Positions 49,794-59,787 of a stretch of DNA of 64,000 nucleotides are shown in pieces. The number at the start of each line of letters is the position of its first letter. Positions within the stretch are counted from its first letter, which is position 1. Made by a program: the position numbers and the translations under genes. The notes under the pieces were generated by a model, which was not told where the DNA came from, did not search any database, and saw only the letters and a list, made by a program, of their open reading frames with translations. This stretch comes from an uncultured archaeon. Its GTDB lineage: Archaea; Aenigmatarchaeota; Aenigmatarchaeia; QMZP01. The stretch covers positions 543 through 64,542 of the forward strand of contig CAYMDJ010000001.1 in NCBI GenBank assembly GCA_964389315.1, given 5' to 3'.

Positions 49794-52484
49794 ATGGACG
49801 AGGGCCAGTGGCACGAGACTGATGCCAAGCGCGTTCTGAAGAAGCTGGGTTCGTCTCCCCATGGAATCTCCCCGCAGGAGGCATCCTCCCGCCTGAGGGA
49901 ATACGGGCCGAACGAGATAAAGTCAGGGAAGAAGATAAACCCCCTTGCCATCTTCCTCGGCCAGTTCAAGAGCACCCTCGTCATCATCCTTATCTTCGCC
50001 ACCTTCTTCTCTGCCCTCATAGGCGAGGTCATAGACGCGATAGCGATACTTATCATAGTAATACTGAATTCGATATTCGGCTTCATGCAGGAATATCGCG
50101 CCGAGAAAACGATAGAGGCGCTCAAGAAGATGACCACCCCGGAATCAATCGTCATCAGGGACGGAAAGAAGCTCAGGATACAGAGCACCGAGCTCGTACC
50201 CGGAGACGTAGTCCTCCTGGAGCAGGGGACCCGCGTCCCTGCTGACATGCGCATCATAGAGACAGCAGAGCTCAAGATAGACGAGGCAATCCTGACAGGA
50301 GAGTCGCAGCCCGTCACCAAGGAAACCTCTCCGCTCAAGGCAGGAGCCCTCGCTGACAGGAAGAACATGTGCTACATGGGAACGGTAGTTTCTTACGGGA
50401 GGGGAATGGGAGTCGTCGTTTCAACTGGCATGAACACAGAGATGGGGAAGATTGCCCACAGGATAGAGGAGACCCCTGAAGAGGAGACGCCCCTCCAGAA
50501 GAAGCTCGCTGCGTTCGGCAAGAAGCTCGGGGCGATAATCCTCGGCATATGCGCTGTGGTCGCAACCACCGGGATACTCAGGGGAAGCCTTCTTACCGGA
50601 GACCCGGTAACAGAGAAGCTGATAACCACGCAGATAATAAACGGCATAGCCCTGGCGGTAGCAGCGGTCCCTGAGGGCCTTCCTGCGGTAGTCACGGTTA
50701 CCCTGGCCCTGGGCCTGAGGAGGCTCGCTAAGAGGAACGCGCTGATGAGGAGGCTCCCGGTCGTTGAGACGCTCGGCTCCACGACAGTCATATGCAGCGA
50801 CAAGACAGGGACCCTCACAAAGAACGAGATGACGATTAGCAGGATATGGCACCCGGGAAGGGACATATCCGTGACAGGGGCAGGATACGAGCCAAAAGGA
50901 GGGTTTCTTGTAAACGGAAAGAAGACCGACCCGTCCAGGGACAAGCAGCTTTCCCTCCTTCTGAAGACCGGCGCGCTCTGCAACAATGCGTCGCTTGATT
51001 TGTCCGGGAAGACATGGAGCATAATAGGCGACCCCACAGAGGGTGCAATCATCGTTGCGGCCCGTAAGGCAGGATATCATAGCGATGACATGGAAAGGGA
51101 GCATCCGAGGAAGAAGGAGTTCCCATTCACGTCAGAGAGGAAGATGATGAGCACCGTGAACTCCTGCGGAGGGATTGTTGTCAACGTCAAGGGCGCGCCT
51201 GAGAACGTGCTCAGGAAATGCACCACGATAATGATTAACGGAAAGGCAGCAAGAATGACACCCAAGCACAGGAAGGAAATCCTCTCAATGAACACGGAAT
51301 TCGCCACAGGGGCCCTGAGGGTGCTCGCCATTGCAATGAAGGAAACCATGAGCATTCCAGGGACACAGGAACAGGCAGAGTCCGGACTCACCTTCCTCGG
51401 CCTCGTCGGCATGATAGACCCGCCCAGGAAGACGGTCAGGGATGACATAGAGCTCTGCAAGAGGGCCGGCATAAAGGTCGTGATGATAACAGGCGACCAC
51501 AGGGACACCGCCATCGCCATATCGAAACAGATAGGCATAGTGGGTGACAGGCCGGTTGCCCTGACAGGCGAGGAGCTCGAAAAGATGTCTGACAAGGAGC
51601 TCTGCGGTAAGGCAAACGACATATCCGTCTATGCCAGGGTTAATCCCGAGCATAAGGTCAGGATAGTCGAGGCCCTCCGTTCCAACGGACATGTAATAGC
51701 AATGACCGGTGACGGCGTGAACGACGCCCCTGCCCTGAAGAGCGCAGACATCGGGATAGCCATGGGTATAAAGGGGACGGACGTTGCAAAGGAGGCCTCG
51801 GACATGATTCTGAGGGATGACAACTTCTCGAGCATAGTGAGCGCCATAAAGGAGGGCAGGGGAATCTATGACAACATAAAGAAGTTCATACAGTACCTCC
51901 TCTCCAGCAATACGGGGGAAGTGCTCATAGTCTTCATCGCGACCCTGATTGCCCTGGTTGACCCGGAAACGGGCCTCATACTCCTCCCGCTCCAGCTGCT
52001 CTGGATAAACATCCTGACCGATGGTTTGCCTGCGCTCGCCCTGGGGGTTGACCCTGCCTCGCCCGGAATAATGGACAAGAGGCCCCGTGACCCCAAGGAG
52101 AGCATACTCACCAGGAGAATGATGACAGACATTCTAATCGTCGGTATAGTGATGTGCGTAGGGACGCTCTTCCTCTTCTGGCTCAACCTCCCGACAGGGG
52201 GGAGGCACGCCATGACGGTCGCCTTCACTGCGATAGTGATGCTAGAGATGGTAAGGGTCCAGACGGTCAGGTCAGACTACAAGATAGGACTCTTCTCGAA
52301 CAAGGCCCTACTCATGGCAATGGGCCTTTCGATAGGGTTACAGGTCATCGTTGTCTACGTGCCGTTCCTCCAGCCAATATTCAGCACGGTACCCATCGGC
52401 CTGGAGGACTGGATTGAAATAATCATGGTCTCGCTGAGCGTAATGGTTATAATGAAGCTGAGGACAATAATTAAGAGTGGTTAG
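49794..52484 (+). CDS. P-type cation (Ca2+) transporting ATPase, type IIA
   Basis: TGES, PEGL, CSDKTGTLT, KGAPE, DPPR, TGD, GDGVNDAPAL. Confidence 0.95.
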   Translation: MDEGQWHETDAKRVLKKLGSSPHGISPQEASSRLREYGPNEIKSGKKINPLAIFLGQFKSTLVIILIFATFFSALIGEVIDAIAILIIVILNSIFGFMQEYRAEKTIEALKKMTTPESIVIRDGKKLRIQSTELVPGDVVLLEQGTRVPADMRIIETAELKIDEAILTGESQPVTKETSPLKAGALADRKNMCYMGTVVSYGRGMGVVVSTGMNTEMGKIAHRIEETPEEETPLQKKLAAFGKKLGAIILGICAVVATTGILRGSLLTGDPVTEKLITTQIINGIALAVAAVPEGLPAVVTVTLALGLRRLAKRNALMRRLPVVETLGSTTVICSDKTGTLTKNEMTISRIWHPGRDISVTGAGYEPKGGFLVNGKKTDPSRDKQLSLLLKTGALCNNASLDLSGKTWSIIGDPTEGAIIVAARKAGYHSDDMEREHPRKKEFPFTSERKMMSTVNSCGGIVVNVKGAPENVLRKCTTIMINGKAARMTPKHRKEILSMNTEFATGALRVLAIAMKETMSIPGTQEQAESGLTFLGLVGMIDPPRKTVRDDIELCKRAGIKVVMITGDHRDTAIAISKQIGIVGDRPVALTGEELEKMSDKELCGKANDISVYARVNPEHKVRIVEALRSNGHVIAMTGDGVNDAPALKSADIGIAMGIKGTDVAKEASDMILRDDNFSSIVSAIKEGRGIYDNIKKFIQYLLSSNTGEVLIVFIATLIALVDPETGLILLPLQLLWINILTDGLPALALGVDPASPGIMDKRPRDPKESILTRRMMTDILIVGIVMCVGTLFLFWLNLPTGGRHAMTVAFTAIVMLEMVRVQTVRSDYKIGLFSNKALLMAMGLSIGLQVIVVYVPFLQPIFSTVPIGLEDWIEIIMVSLSVMVIMKLRTIIKSG

Positions 52485-53426
52485 ATGTACGAGGCAATGA
52501 ACATCCTGATATTCATCGTCAGCCTTGGAATCCTCATAAAGGGCGCGGACATAATAACGAACTATGCCTCCCGCCTCGCAAAGCTCTGGGGCATCTCCGA
52601 GCTCGTCATAGGCATAACCATAGTAGCAATCTCTACATCCCTCCCTGAGCTCGCGGTCTCCCTCATATCAGTCCTCGGCTCATTGGGAGGGATAGCGGTT
52701 GGAACGATAATAGGCTCCAACATCGCAAACATAGGCCTGATTGTTGGAATCTCCGCCCTCGCCTCCCCGCTCCTGGTGACCAGGAAGTTCATAAGGGAGG
52801 GTATAGTCATGCTCTTCTTCAGCATCGTGACGGCCGCCCTGCTCCTTGACGGCATGTTCTGGTACGAGGGAATTATCCTGATAATAATGCTCTTTGGCTA
52901 CCTCTACTACCTGGTAAAATCGGCAACGTCAGGGGCATCGCACAAGAGAACCAGCAGGGCGGCCGAGGAGAAGAAGCACCGTGCCGTAATCAAGTGCCTC
53001 CTTTTCTGCGCGCTCGGCGCCGCGTTCATCGCAATCGGCGCGGAGGTGCTGGTCTACTCCACGATAAACATAGCGACCTGGCTAGGGATATCAGAGGTCG
53101 TTATAGCGCTGGTCGCAATAGCAATCGGGACATCGCTTCCGGAGTTCGCGACCTCTGTCGTGGCAGCCCTCAAGAAGATGCGCGGGATATCCGTAGGGAA
53201 CATAATAGGCTCGAACATATTCAACGTCTCCATACTGGGCCTGGTTGCCCTGTTCGGTCCCATACCCACAGAGGCCATAATAAACAACATAAACATACCG
53301 ATAATGCTCGTCCTCTCCTTCCTGCTAATCCTCTTCATGCGCAAGGGAATGAAGATAGACAGGACAGAGGCAATAGTCTTGTTCGGCATCTACGTGGTCT
53401 TCCTGATACTACAGTTCGCATATTAG
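52485..53426 (+). CDS. Ca2+/Na+ antiporter (CaCA, YrbG-like)
   Basis: Two alpha repeats TSLPEL/GTSLPEF and GSNIAN/GSNIFN. Confidence 0.9.
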   Translation: MYEAMNILIFIVSLGILIKGADIITNYASRLAKLWGISELVIGITIVAISTSLPELAVSLISVLGSLGGIAVGTIIGSNIANIGLIVGISALASPLLVTRKFIREGIVMLFFSIVTAALLLDGMFWYEGIILIIMLFGYLYYLVKSATSGASHKRTSRAAEEKKHRAVIKCLLFCALGAAFIAIGAEVLVYSTINIATWLGISEVVIALVAIAIGTSLPEFATSVVAALKKMRGISVGNIIGSNIFNVSILGLVALFGPIPTEAIINNINIPIMLVLSFLLILFMRKGMKIDRTEAIVLFGIYVVFLILQFAY

Positions 53427-53428
53427 AA

Positions 53429-54937
53429 TCACTTTATAACGACCCCTAGCTTGCTCAGCGGCTTCCCGTTTATGAAGCCTCTCAGGGTTTCCGGGAGGTC
53501 GCTTACCCTGACCCTTATCTGCTTCATGGTGTCCCTGTCCCTCAGGGTGACGTCATTCCCTTTGAGCGAGTCATAATCTATGGTTATCCCCGCAGCAACC
53601 CCTGCCTCGTCAATCCTCCGGTATCTCCTGCCGATGCTACCTGACGAGTCATAGAACACGCTGAATCCGGCTTCCTGGAGAAGCCTCTTCACCCCCCTTG
53701 CCTTCTCCGGGAGGTTGTCCTTGTTTACGAGAGGAAAGATTCCCGCATCGAAGGGAGAGACCCTCCTCGGGAAGAGCATGACGTCCCTTTCCTTCTCTTC
53801 CCTGTAAGCGAGCTCGAAAAGGGCGTATATGTTCCTGTCAACCCCGAAGCTCAGCTCAAGCACGTGAGGGAGAATCTTCTTGCCGTCAACGTCAACCACC
53901 ATGCTGACGCCGGACACCTTCTGGTGACCCGATAGGTCATGGTCTGCCCTGTAGTGGAGGCCGGCAATCTCCCTGTATCCCCCTATACTTTCGAGGTCCA
54001 TCTCAACATCCCAGTGATACTTGTTGTAAAACGCCCTCTCATCCTCATCCAGCTCCCTGAACCGAAACTTCTCTTTCGGTAGGCCAAGCACGTCCAGGTA
54101 GAACTGCTGCATCATTGCCATGTGATAGACGTAGAACTTCGGGAGCTTCAGCACCCTGACAGCATCCTTCGCAGCCACCTCCTTTATCGTCCCCCTCGAG
54201 CGGTTCTTCACCGGAAAGACCCTGATTCTATACCTTTCAATCTCCCTGAACCTGGGGTGCTGCCTTATATTGTCAGGGTCAAAGAATACCTGGAGCTCTG
54301 CCTGCGTGAACTCCCTCTGCCTTATCAGGACATTCCTCGGTGATATCTCGTTCCTGAAGGCCTTCCCCACCACGGCAAGCCCCATGGGAAGCCTCTTCCT
54401 CAGGGCATCGAATTCGTGCTTGAAGTTAACGTAAGCGCCCTGCGCGGTTTCCGGGGAAAGATACCCCGTCCTCTTGGTCTTGCCCGTCCCTATCTCCAGG
54501 GGAAACATCATGTTGAGGATACCGACCTCCGCAAGCTCCCCCTTACATTTCGGGCACCTTATGTTGTTGTCCTTTATCAACTTCTCCATCTTCCTGAGGG
54601 AAACGCCCTCGAACGTCCCTCCCAGTTCTGCCTCTATTATGTGGTCTGCCCTCTCCACGTTAAGGCATTTCTTGCATTTGACTATGGGGTCCACGAAGGA
54701 CTCCAGGTGTCCTGATGCCCTGAACACTTCCTCGGGCATGACCTGGGAGACCTGTATCTCATGGAAGTTGTCGTCCAGTCCCAGGAAATATTCCCTCCAG
54801 ACGTTCTCCCACTTCCTCTTAAGGGACGCCCCCAGGTGGGCATAGTCATAAAACCCCGCTATAGGGCTGTATATCTGGGAGGACTGCCAGAAGAATCCCC
54901 TCCTCTTGGCTATGTCGAGTAGTTTGTCAGTCTTCAT
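53429..54937 (-). CDS. glyS: Glycine--tRNA ligase (homodimeric type)
   Basis: KRRGFF, ASGHL, PETAQG, FRNEISPR, REFTQAE, SFGVDR, SIGRRYRR. Confidence 0.95.
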   Translation of the reverse strand: MKTDKLLDIAKRRGFFWQSSQIYSPIAGFYDYAHLGASLKRKWENVWREYFLGLDDNFHEIQVSQVMPEEVFRASGHLESFVDPIVKCKKCLNVERADHIIEAELGGTFEGVSLRKMEKLIKDNNIRCPKCKGELAEVGILNMMFPLEIGTGKTKRTGYLSPETAQGAYVNFKHEFDALRKRLPMGLAVVGKAFRNEISPRNVLIRQREFTQAELQVFFDPDNIRQHPRFREIERYRIRVFPVKNRSRGTIKEVAAKDAVRVLKLPKFYVYHMAMMQQFYLDVLGLPKEKFRFRELDEDERAFYNKYHWDVEMDLESIGGYREIAGLHYRADHDLSGHQKVSGVSMVVDVDGKKILPHVLELSFGVDRNIYALFELAYREEKERDVMLFPRRVSPFDAGIFPLVNKDNLPEKARGVKRLLQEAGFSVFYDSSGSIGRRYRRIDEAGVAAGITIDYDSLKGNDVTLRDRDTMKQIRVRVSDLPETLRGFINGKPLSKLGVVIK

Positions 54938-55024
54938 CCAACCACATTCCTATTTGGTATCAACAATTTATAATTGTCCCTGCTCACATAAAAGGCATTT
55001 ATTATCTCGGCACAAGAATAACCC

Positions 55025-55699
55025 ATGGCAGCTCCTGCACGAACCAGGAAACTGAAGGTAGACCTCCACATCCACACCAACCTATCCTCTGACGGTGGAC
55101 AGACACCGGAGGAGCTGGTTGAGACAGCACTCGCCCACGGCTTTGACGCGATAGCGGTAACGGACCACAACACCGTCCAGGGCTCGCTCAGGGCAGAGCG
55201 CCACGCAAGAGGAAGAATAATCATCTTCCCTGGCCAGGAGGTCCTGACAGATAGCGGAGAGATCGTGGTCCTTAATCTTCGGGAGACCCTGCCTGCCGGA
55301 GGGGGCCTCGAGGAGACGGTCAGGCTCGCCAAAGAGAAGGGAGGTTTCGTGATAGCACCACACCCCTTTGACATCATGAGGAGGGGCATAGGGGACAACC
55401 TCAACCGGATAATCGGCCAGGTCGATGCCATAGAGGCCTTCAATTCCAGGACCATATGGACCAGGTTCAACAGGAGGGCTCTGGAATACGCAGAGTCCAA
55501 AGGCAAGCCAATGGTCGCGGCCTCGGATGCCCACTTCCCGGACGAAATCGGAAAGACCTACATGCTGGTCTCATCCAGAAAGGACCCCGCGGACATACTG
55601 AAATCCATACTCGCGGGAAGAGCGGAACTCGTCATGAAGGCCCAGAGCCGCTCCTCAAAGCTCATGAGAGGATTCAGGAAGCTCAGGACATACCTCTGA
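55025..55699 (+). CDS. PHP-domain metal-dependent phosphoesterase
   Basis: DLHIHT, AVTDHN, GQE, PHP, SDAH. Confidence 0.9.
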   Translation: MAAPARTRKLKVDLHIHTNLSSDGGQTPEELVETALAHGFDAIAVTDHNTVQGSLRAERHARGRIIIFPGQEVLTDSGEIVVLNLRETLPAGGGLEETVRLAKEKGGFVIAPHPFDIMRRGIGDNLNRIIGQVDAIEAFNSRTIWTRFNRRALEYAESKGKPMVAASDAHFPDEIGKTYMLVSSRKDPADILKSILAGRAELVMKAQSRSSKLMRGFRKLRTYL

Positions 55700-55734
55700 T
55701 TCGTGCAATATAAAGACAGCTTCCAATATAGATT

Positions 55735-56874
55735 ATGTGGTTGGTCATAACAGTAGGAATCCTCACATTCACCTATCTGGTTCTCGGCCACGCGGGCATA
55801 AAAAGGACAGAGAGGGAGAGGTCCTCGCTCACTGCCCCCAAGAAGCTGCCGCTGGTTTCCATAATAATCCCTGCCTACAGGTCAGAGAAGACCATAGAAT
55901 CCACCCTGAAGTCAATAAAGTCTCTTAGATACCCGAGGAAGGAAATAATAGTGGTCAACGAATACCCGGACAGGACACCTGAAATAGCGAGGAAATACAC
56001 GAGCAAGGTCTACCACAGCAAAGAGAGGACAGGAAAGCCAAACTCCCTGAATTTGGCCCTCACCAAGGCTAGAGGAGATATTCTCTTTTTCCTTGATTCT
56101 GACACCTCGGTCATGCCAGACACGCTCAGCAGGATGGTTCCGTGGTTCTCGAAAAAGGACGTTGCCGCAGTGATGCCGAAATACCTGGTCAGGAACGACA
56201 GAAACGACCTCGCGAGGCTCGCTGGCGTGGAGAACGCGTTCACATTCGCACTGATAAAGATGAACATGTTCTTCGGCTCACTCATAGGATTCCGCGGCTG
56301 CGGGATTGCCATAAGGAGGTCTGTCATCAAGAGGCTGGGCGGGTGGCCTAACACCCTCCTGGAGGACAATGACCTCGCGGCAAGGATTGCAAAGAAGGGG
56401 ATGAAAATCCAGTGGGAGCCGCTCTCCATAATAAAGACCACAGAGCCGCCCGACAGGAAGAGGCTCAGGAACCAGAAGATACGGTGGGGCAAGGGCAGCT
56501 TCTTCAGCTATGCCCACCACTGGAAGTTCTACATGAAGGCGCCGCAGTTCCTGCTGTTCTTCTTCCCCTACCTGCTGCTGAGCATATTCATGATTGACAC
56601 CCTGCTGATAGGGACGGTGATGTCCCTCATCTATGACGCCCCGATGTTCTTCGCCTTCGTCATATACCAGATACTACTAGCCTTCCTGGCCATGCTCCTC
56701 CATTCAGTGATAATGGTCTGGTCAACCGGCGACAGGAGGGACCCACTCGAAATATTCGAGTTCGTGTTCTTCTACTTCCCCCTCACCACATACTACTACT
56801 TCCGCGGCCTCATCAAGGGGATAAGGAAGAAGAAGAGAAAGGAGCCAGAGCTCAGCTTCAAATACTGGCAGTAA
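55735..56874 (+). CDS. Processive-type GT2 membrane glycosyltransferase
   Basis: VSIIIPAY, FLDSD, LEDND, QKIRW (QxxRW), C-terminal TMs. Confidence 0.88.
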   Translation: MWLVITVGILTFTYLVLGHAGIKRTERERSSLTAPKKLPLVSIIIPAYRSEKTIESTLKSIKSLRYPRKEIIVVNEYPDRTPEIARKYTSKVYHSKERTGKPNSLNLALTKARGDILFFLDSDTSVMPDTLSRMVPWFSKKDVAAVMPKYLVRNDRNDLARLAGVENAFTFALIKMNMFFGSLIGFRGCGIAIRRSVIKRLGGWPNTLLEDNDLAARIAKKGMKIQWEPLSIIKTTEPPDRKRLRNQKIRWGKGSFFSYAHHWKFYMKAPQFLLFFFPYLLLSIFMIDTLLIGTVMSLIYDAPMFFAFVIYQILLAFLAMLLHSVIMVWSTGDRRDPLEIFEFVFFYFPLTTYYYFRGLIKGIRKKKRKEPELSFKYWQ

Positions 56875-56882
56875 ACCAATGT

Positions 56883-57686
56883 TCATCTACTCAGGTTCTT
56901 ATATGAAGATTTCTTTGTCCAATATGCGAGCTGAAGTATATATCCAGGAACACCACATTTGTTTGCCAAATCCAAGGAAAACTCCTCTGCCTCAATGTAG
57001 GACCTTCCCTTAAGACCAAGTTTTTTCTTTTTTGTTGATATCACGTCTGTTCCCCACCTGGGTCTATCAACCTCGACCCTAGGCATCTCAACAGGATAGC
57101 CAAGAAAATAAAGCATCTCTGCCATCCATGAATCAACCGGAACCAGATATTCTGCTCCGCACATTCTCAAGAAAATGGATGCTGTTTTCCCTCCAAACCC
57201 CCTGACATCCTTTATCATCCCCTTCCTGAGCAAAATCTCTCGCTCCCTGTTAGTTTTGATGCCCTCATTAATCCTTTCCAAAAAATCCAAGCTTTCCCAA
57301 ATCTCAGACAACTCATGAATATTGCTGGGCTTTTGTCTAAACAGCGAAACCCTCCCTTCCCTGAAAATCCTATATAATTTTTCTTCGCTCTCTCTGACAC
57401 TCTCTGGTGAGTCAAGACCCTCACTCATAAGCTGTTCAAAAAGCCTGATATGTCCAGGATAATCCTGTTGTGGGGTTAATAATGAATAAATCGCTCCACG
57501 AAAGACCCCATTGTCTGTGAGCTCTCCGTTTTCACGGACAATTTCTGACTCCCTGCTATATACTTCATGTGCCTCTCTAAAATCGTCCTCAGTAAGAATC
57601 ATATCAGAAAATCCTTCTATTTTATAGAGCCTGCCGGTTTCAGCAATCCGTTTTTCAGCCAGTCCCATGTCATACACTATTGTCAT
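56883..57686 (-). CDS. HhH-superfamily DNA N-glycosylase-like protein (Ogg-like)
   Basis: YSLLTPQ; HhH VRGFGGKTASIFLR...VPVDSW with conserved K and D; YIEAEE; LAYW. Confidence 0.6.
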   Translation of the reverse strand: MTIVYDMGLAEKRIAETGRLYKIEGFSDMILTEDDFREAHEVYSRESEIVRENGELTDNGVFRGAIYSLLTPQQDYPGHIRLFEQLMSEGLDSPESVRESEEKLYRIFREGRVSLFRQKPSNIHELSEIWESLDFLERINEGIKTNREREILLRKGMIKDVRGFGGKTASIFLRMCGAEYLVPVDSWMAEMLYFLGYPVEMPRVEVDRPRWGTDVISTKKKKLGLKGRSYIEAEEFSLDLANKCGVPGYILQLAYWTKKSSYKNLSR

Positions 57687-57732
57687 TTTGAAAAGAAGGA
57701 AAAAAACATTAAATCATTGTATTGTTCTCAGA

Positions 57733-58482
57733 TTACTTCTTTACCCCAACGGCGGCGATAACCCTCCCGAACCTGTTGGCCAGGGGGTTGTCGTAATTGA
57801 GGCGGCTCACCTTCCTGTTCCTCGGCCTGCCTATTGACATTGAAAGGATCCTGCTCTTCATCCATAGCGGGGCGAACGCCCACCCAAAGGAGAACAGGAA
57901 TTCCCCACCTATCATTTTCTCGAACCTCATCCCGGACCTCTCCATCCTCTTCCTCAGCTCTGTCCTGGAATAGGGATACTCGTTGCCATGAATCCACGTC
58001 CCCGTCTTTTCTGCAAGGAGCTTGCCAATCCTGTATGGGGGCGACTTTATCTGGGGGACTGTTATCACAGACCTCCCTCCCCTCTTCAGGGCATTGGCAT
58101 GGACGTCCACGATTCCCTGCCTCCTCTCCCCCCTGAAGTGCTCTATCACACCCTCGCTGTGGGAGATGTCAAACCCACTCAAATCAACATCGAACGCGTC
58201 CCCGAGGACCAGCTCTCCGTCAACGCCCAGGGACCTCATCACGCGCTTCACTATCCCCAGCGCATCCCTGGAATAATCCAGGAACGTGACCTCCGCTCCC
58301 CTCCTTGCCATCATGCAGGTGCTTATCCCTGTCCCGCACCCGATCTCCACCACGCGCTTCCCCCTGTAATCAAACCTTCTCCCGAGAAGGGACTCGTATA
58401 TGCTCCATGTGTAGTTCTCCCTCTCAAACCCAATGTCCTTCATACCTGTCCAGACAGAATCCCACGAAGACTCAGATGACAT
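57733..58482 (-). CDS. Class I SAM-dependent methyltransferase
   Basis: VVEIGCGTG, FLDYS, GDAF, EGVIEHF. Confidence 0.88.
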   Translation of the reverse strand: MSSESSWDSVWTGMKDIGFERENYTWSIYESLLGRRFDYRGKRVVEIGCGTGISTCMMARRGAEVTFLDYSRDALGIVKRVMRSLGVDGELVLGDAFDVDLSGFDISHSEGVIEHFRGERRQGIVDVHANALKRGGRSVITVPQIKSPPYRIGKLLAEKTGTWIHGNEYPYSRTELRKRMERSGMRFEKMIGGEFLFSFGWAFAPLWMKSRILSMSIGRPRNRKVSRLNYDNPLANRFGRVIAAVGVKK

Positions 58483-58577
58483 GTCTTTAATTAGGGCCAG
58501 TTAATTTAATAACTGTTGCGAATATTGCGGCAGCCAAGAAAAAGAAAAAATTAATAAGCAAGCCGTTAACTAATATT

Positions 58578-58964
58578 ATGTCCGATATGGACGACCAATT
58601 AAAGCAACTGGTTGAAGACAATGTTGGGGCCCTTGCAAGCATAGGCGAATCCGTCAGGCCGCACAACATAGCGGTGGGTTCCTCAAAGGTCGTTTCTGAA
58701 AACCAGATTCTTGTAACTGATAATTTCATGAAGGAAACCATACAAAATATCCTGAAAAACAAAAACGTTTCTTTGTTATTCTGGAACACTGACCGGGAAA
58801 AGAGAAAGGACTGTCCTGGCTGCGAATTCAGAGGCACCGCAGAATACTTCACTTCCGGTAAATGGGTTGAAAATATTAGGGACAGATATAAAAAACAAGG
58901 CAAAACCCTGCCTGCCAAGGGAGCGATTCTCATTAAAGTGGACGATATTAAGAAATTAACATAA
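58578..58964 (+). CDS. Pyridoxamine 5'-phosphate oxidase-like FMN-binding protein
   Basis: ALAS...PH...DNFMKETIQNILKNKNVSL...FRGTAEY...PAKGAILIKV. Confidence 0.7.
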   Translation: MSDMDDQLKQLVEDNVGALASIGESVRPHNIAVGSSKVVSENQILVTDNFMKETIQNILKNKNVSLLFWNTDREKRKDCPGCEFRGTAEYFTSGKWVENIRDRYKKQGKTLPAKGAILIKVDDIKKLT

Positions 58965-59024
58965 CATGCCTTATTGCCTTCAGCCAACGCGAAAGGTATA
59001 AATTCGTAACCATGAAATATAAGC

Positions 59025-59741
59025 ATGGCAATCCGTTTTTCAGTGATAATCCCCACCTACATGGAAGAGCGCGCGATAGGAAGGACGCTGAAGCATCTGG
59101 AGCGCGCAGGGCGCGGGTACGGTATGGAAACCATAGTAGTGGATTCTGACTCTCCTGACAGGACGAGGGAGATTGCGTCCGGCCTCGGGGCCAGGGTACT
59201 TAACATCAGCAAGAGAGGCATTTCTGTTGCCAGGAACCACGGAGCCAGGCTGGCCAGCGGAGAGATTCTCATGTTCATAGACGCCGACGCAATAGTTCCC
59301 ACTAACCTCTTCGCAAGGCTTGACTCTGTCTTCTCAGAGCCTTCTGTTGCTGGGGCATCATGCAATATGATGCCAGACCCTTCGGTGAAGCCCACCCTGT
59401 TCGAATACTCCTTCTACAGGGCATGGTCAGGCATCAAGTCACTCGCACACACGATAAAGCCCTGCACGTCAGGGGAGAACGGGATAATGGTAAGGAGGGA
59501 AACCTTCAGCCGCCTGGGAGGGTTCGATGAGAGCCTCCCCGTGATAGAGGACCTGGATTTCGTCTTCCGCGCATCGAGATGCGGCAGCTTTCCCCTCCTG
59601 AGGGACCTCACGATAAAGGACTCAATCCGCAGGTTCAGGGAGCTGGGAGTCCTGGCCTTCTCAAAGACATACCTGACCAACTGGATATACTACACGTTCA
59701 TGAAGAGCAGCAGGGTAAGTGAGTGGCACCCTGTCCGCTGA
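59025..59741 (+). CDS. Glycosyltransferase family 2
   Basis: FSVIIPTY, VVDSDSPD, ARNHGA, FIDAD, GGFDE, EDLD. Confidence 0.9.
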   Translation: MAIRFSVIIPTYMEERAIGRTLKHLERAGRGYGMETIVVDSDSPDRTREIASGLGARVLNISKRGISVARNHGARLASGEILMFIDADAIVPTNLFARLDSVFSEPSVAGASCNMMPDPSVKPTLFEYSFYRAWSGIKSLAHTIKPCTSGENGIMVRRETFSRLGGFDESLPVIEDLDFVFRASRCGSFPLLRDLTIKDSIRRFRELGVLAFSKTYLTNWIYYTFMKSSRVSEWHPVR

Positions 59742-59787
59742 CCTTAAACCATTATTAACGACCAAAACCAATAAGGATATAGATAAC

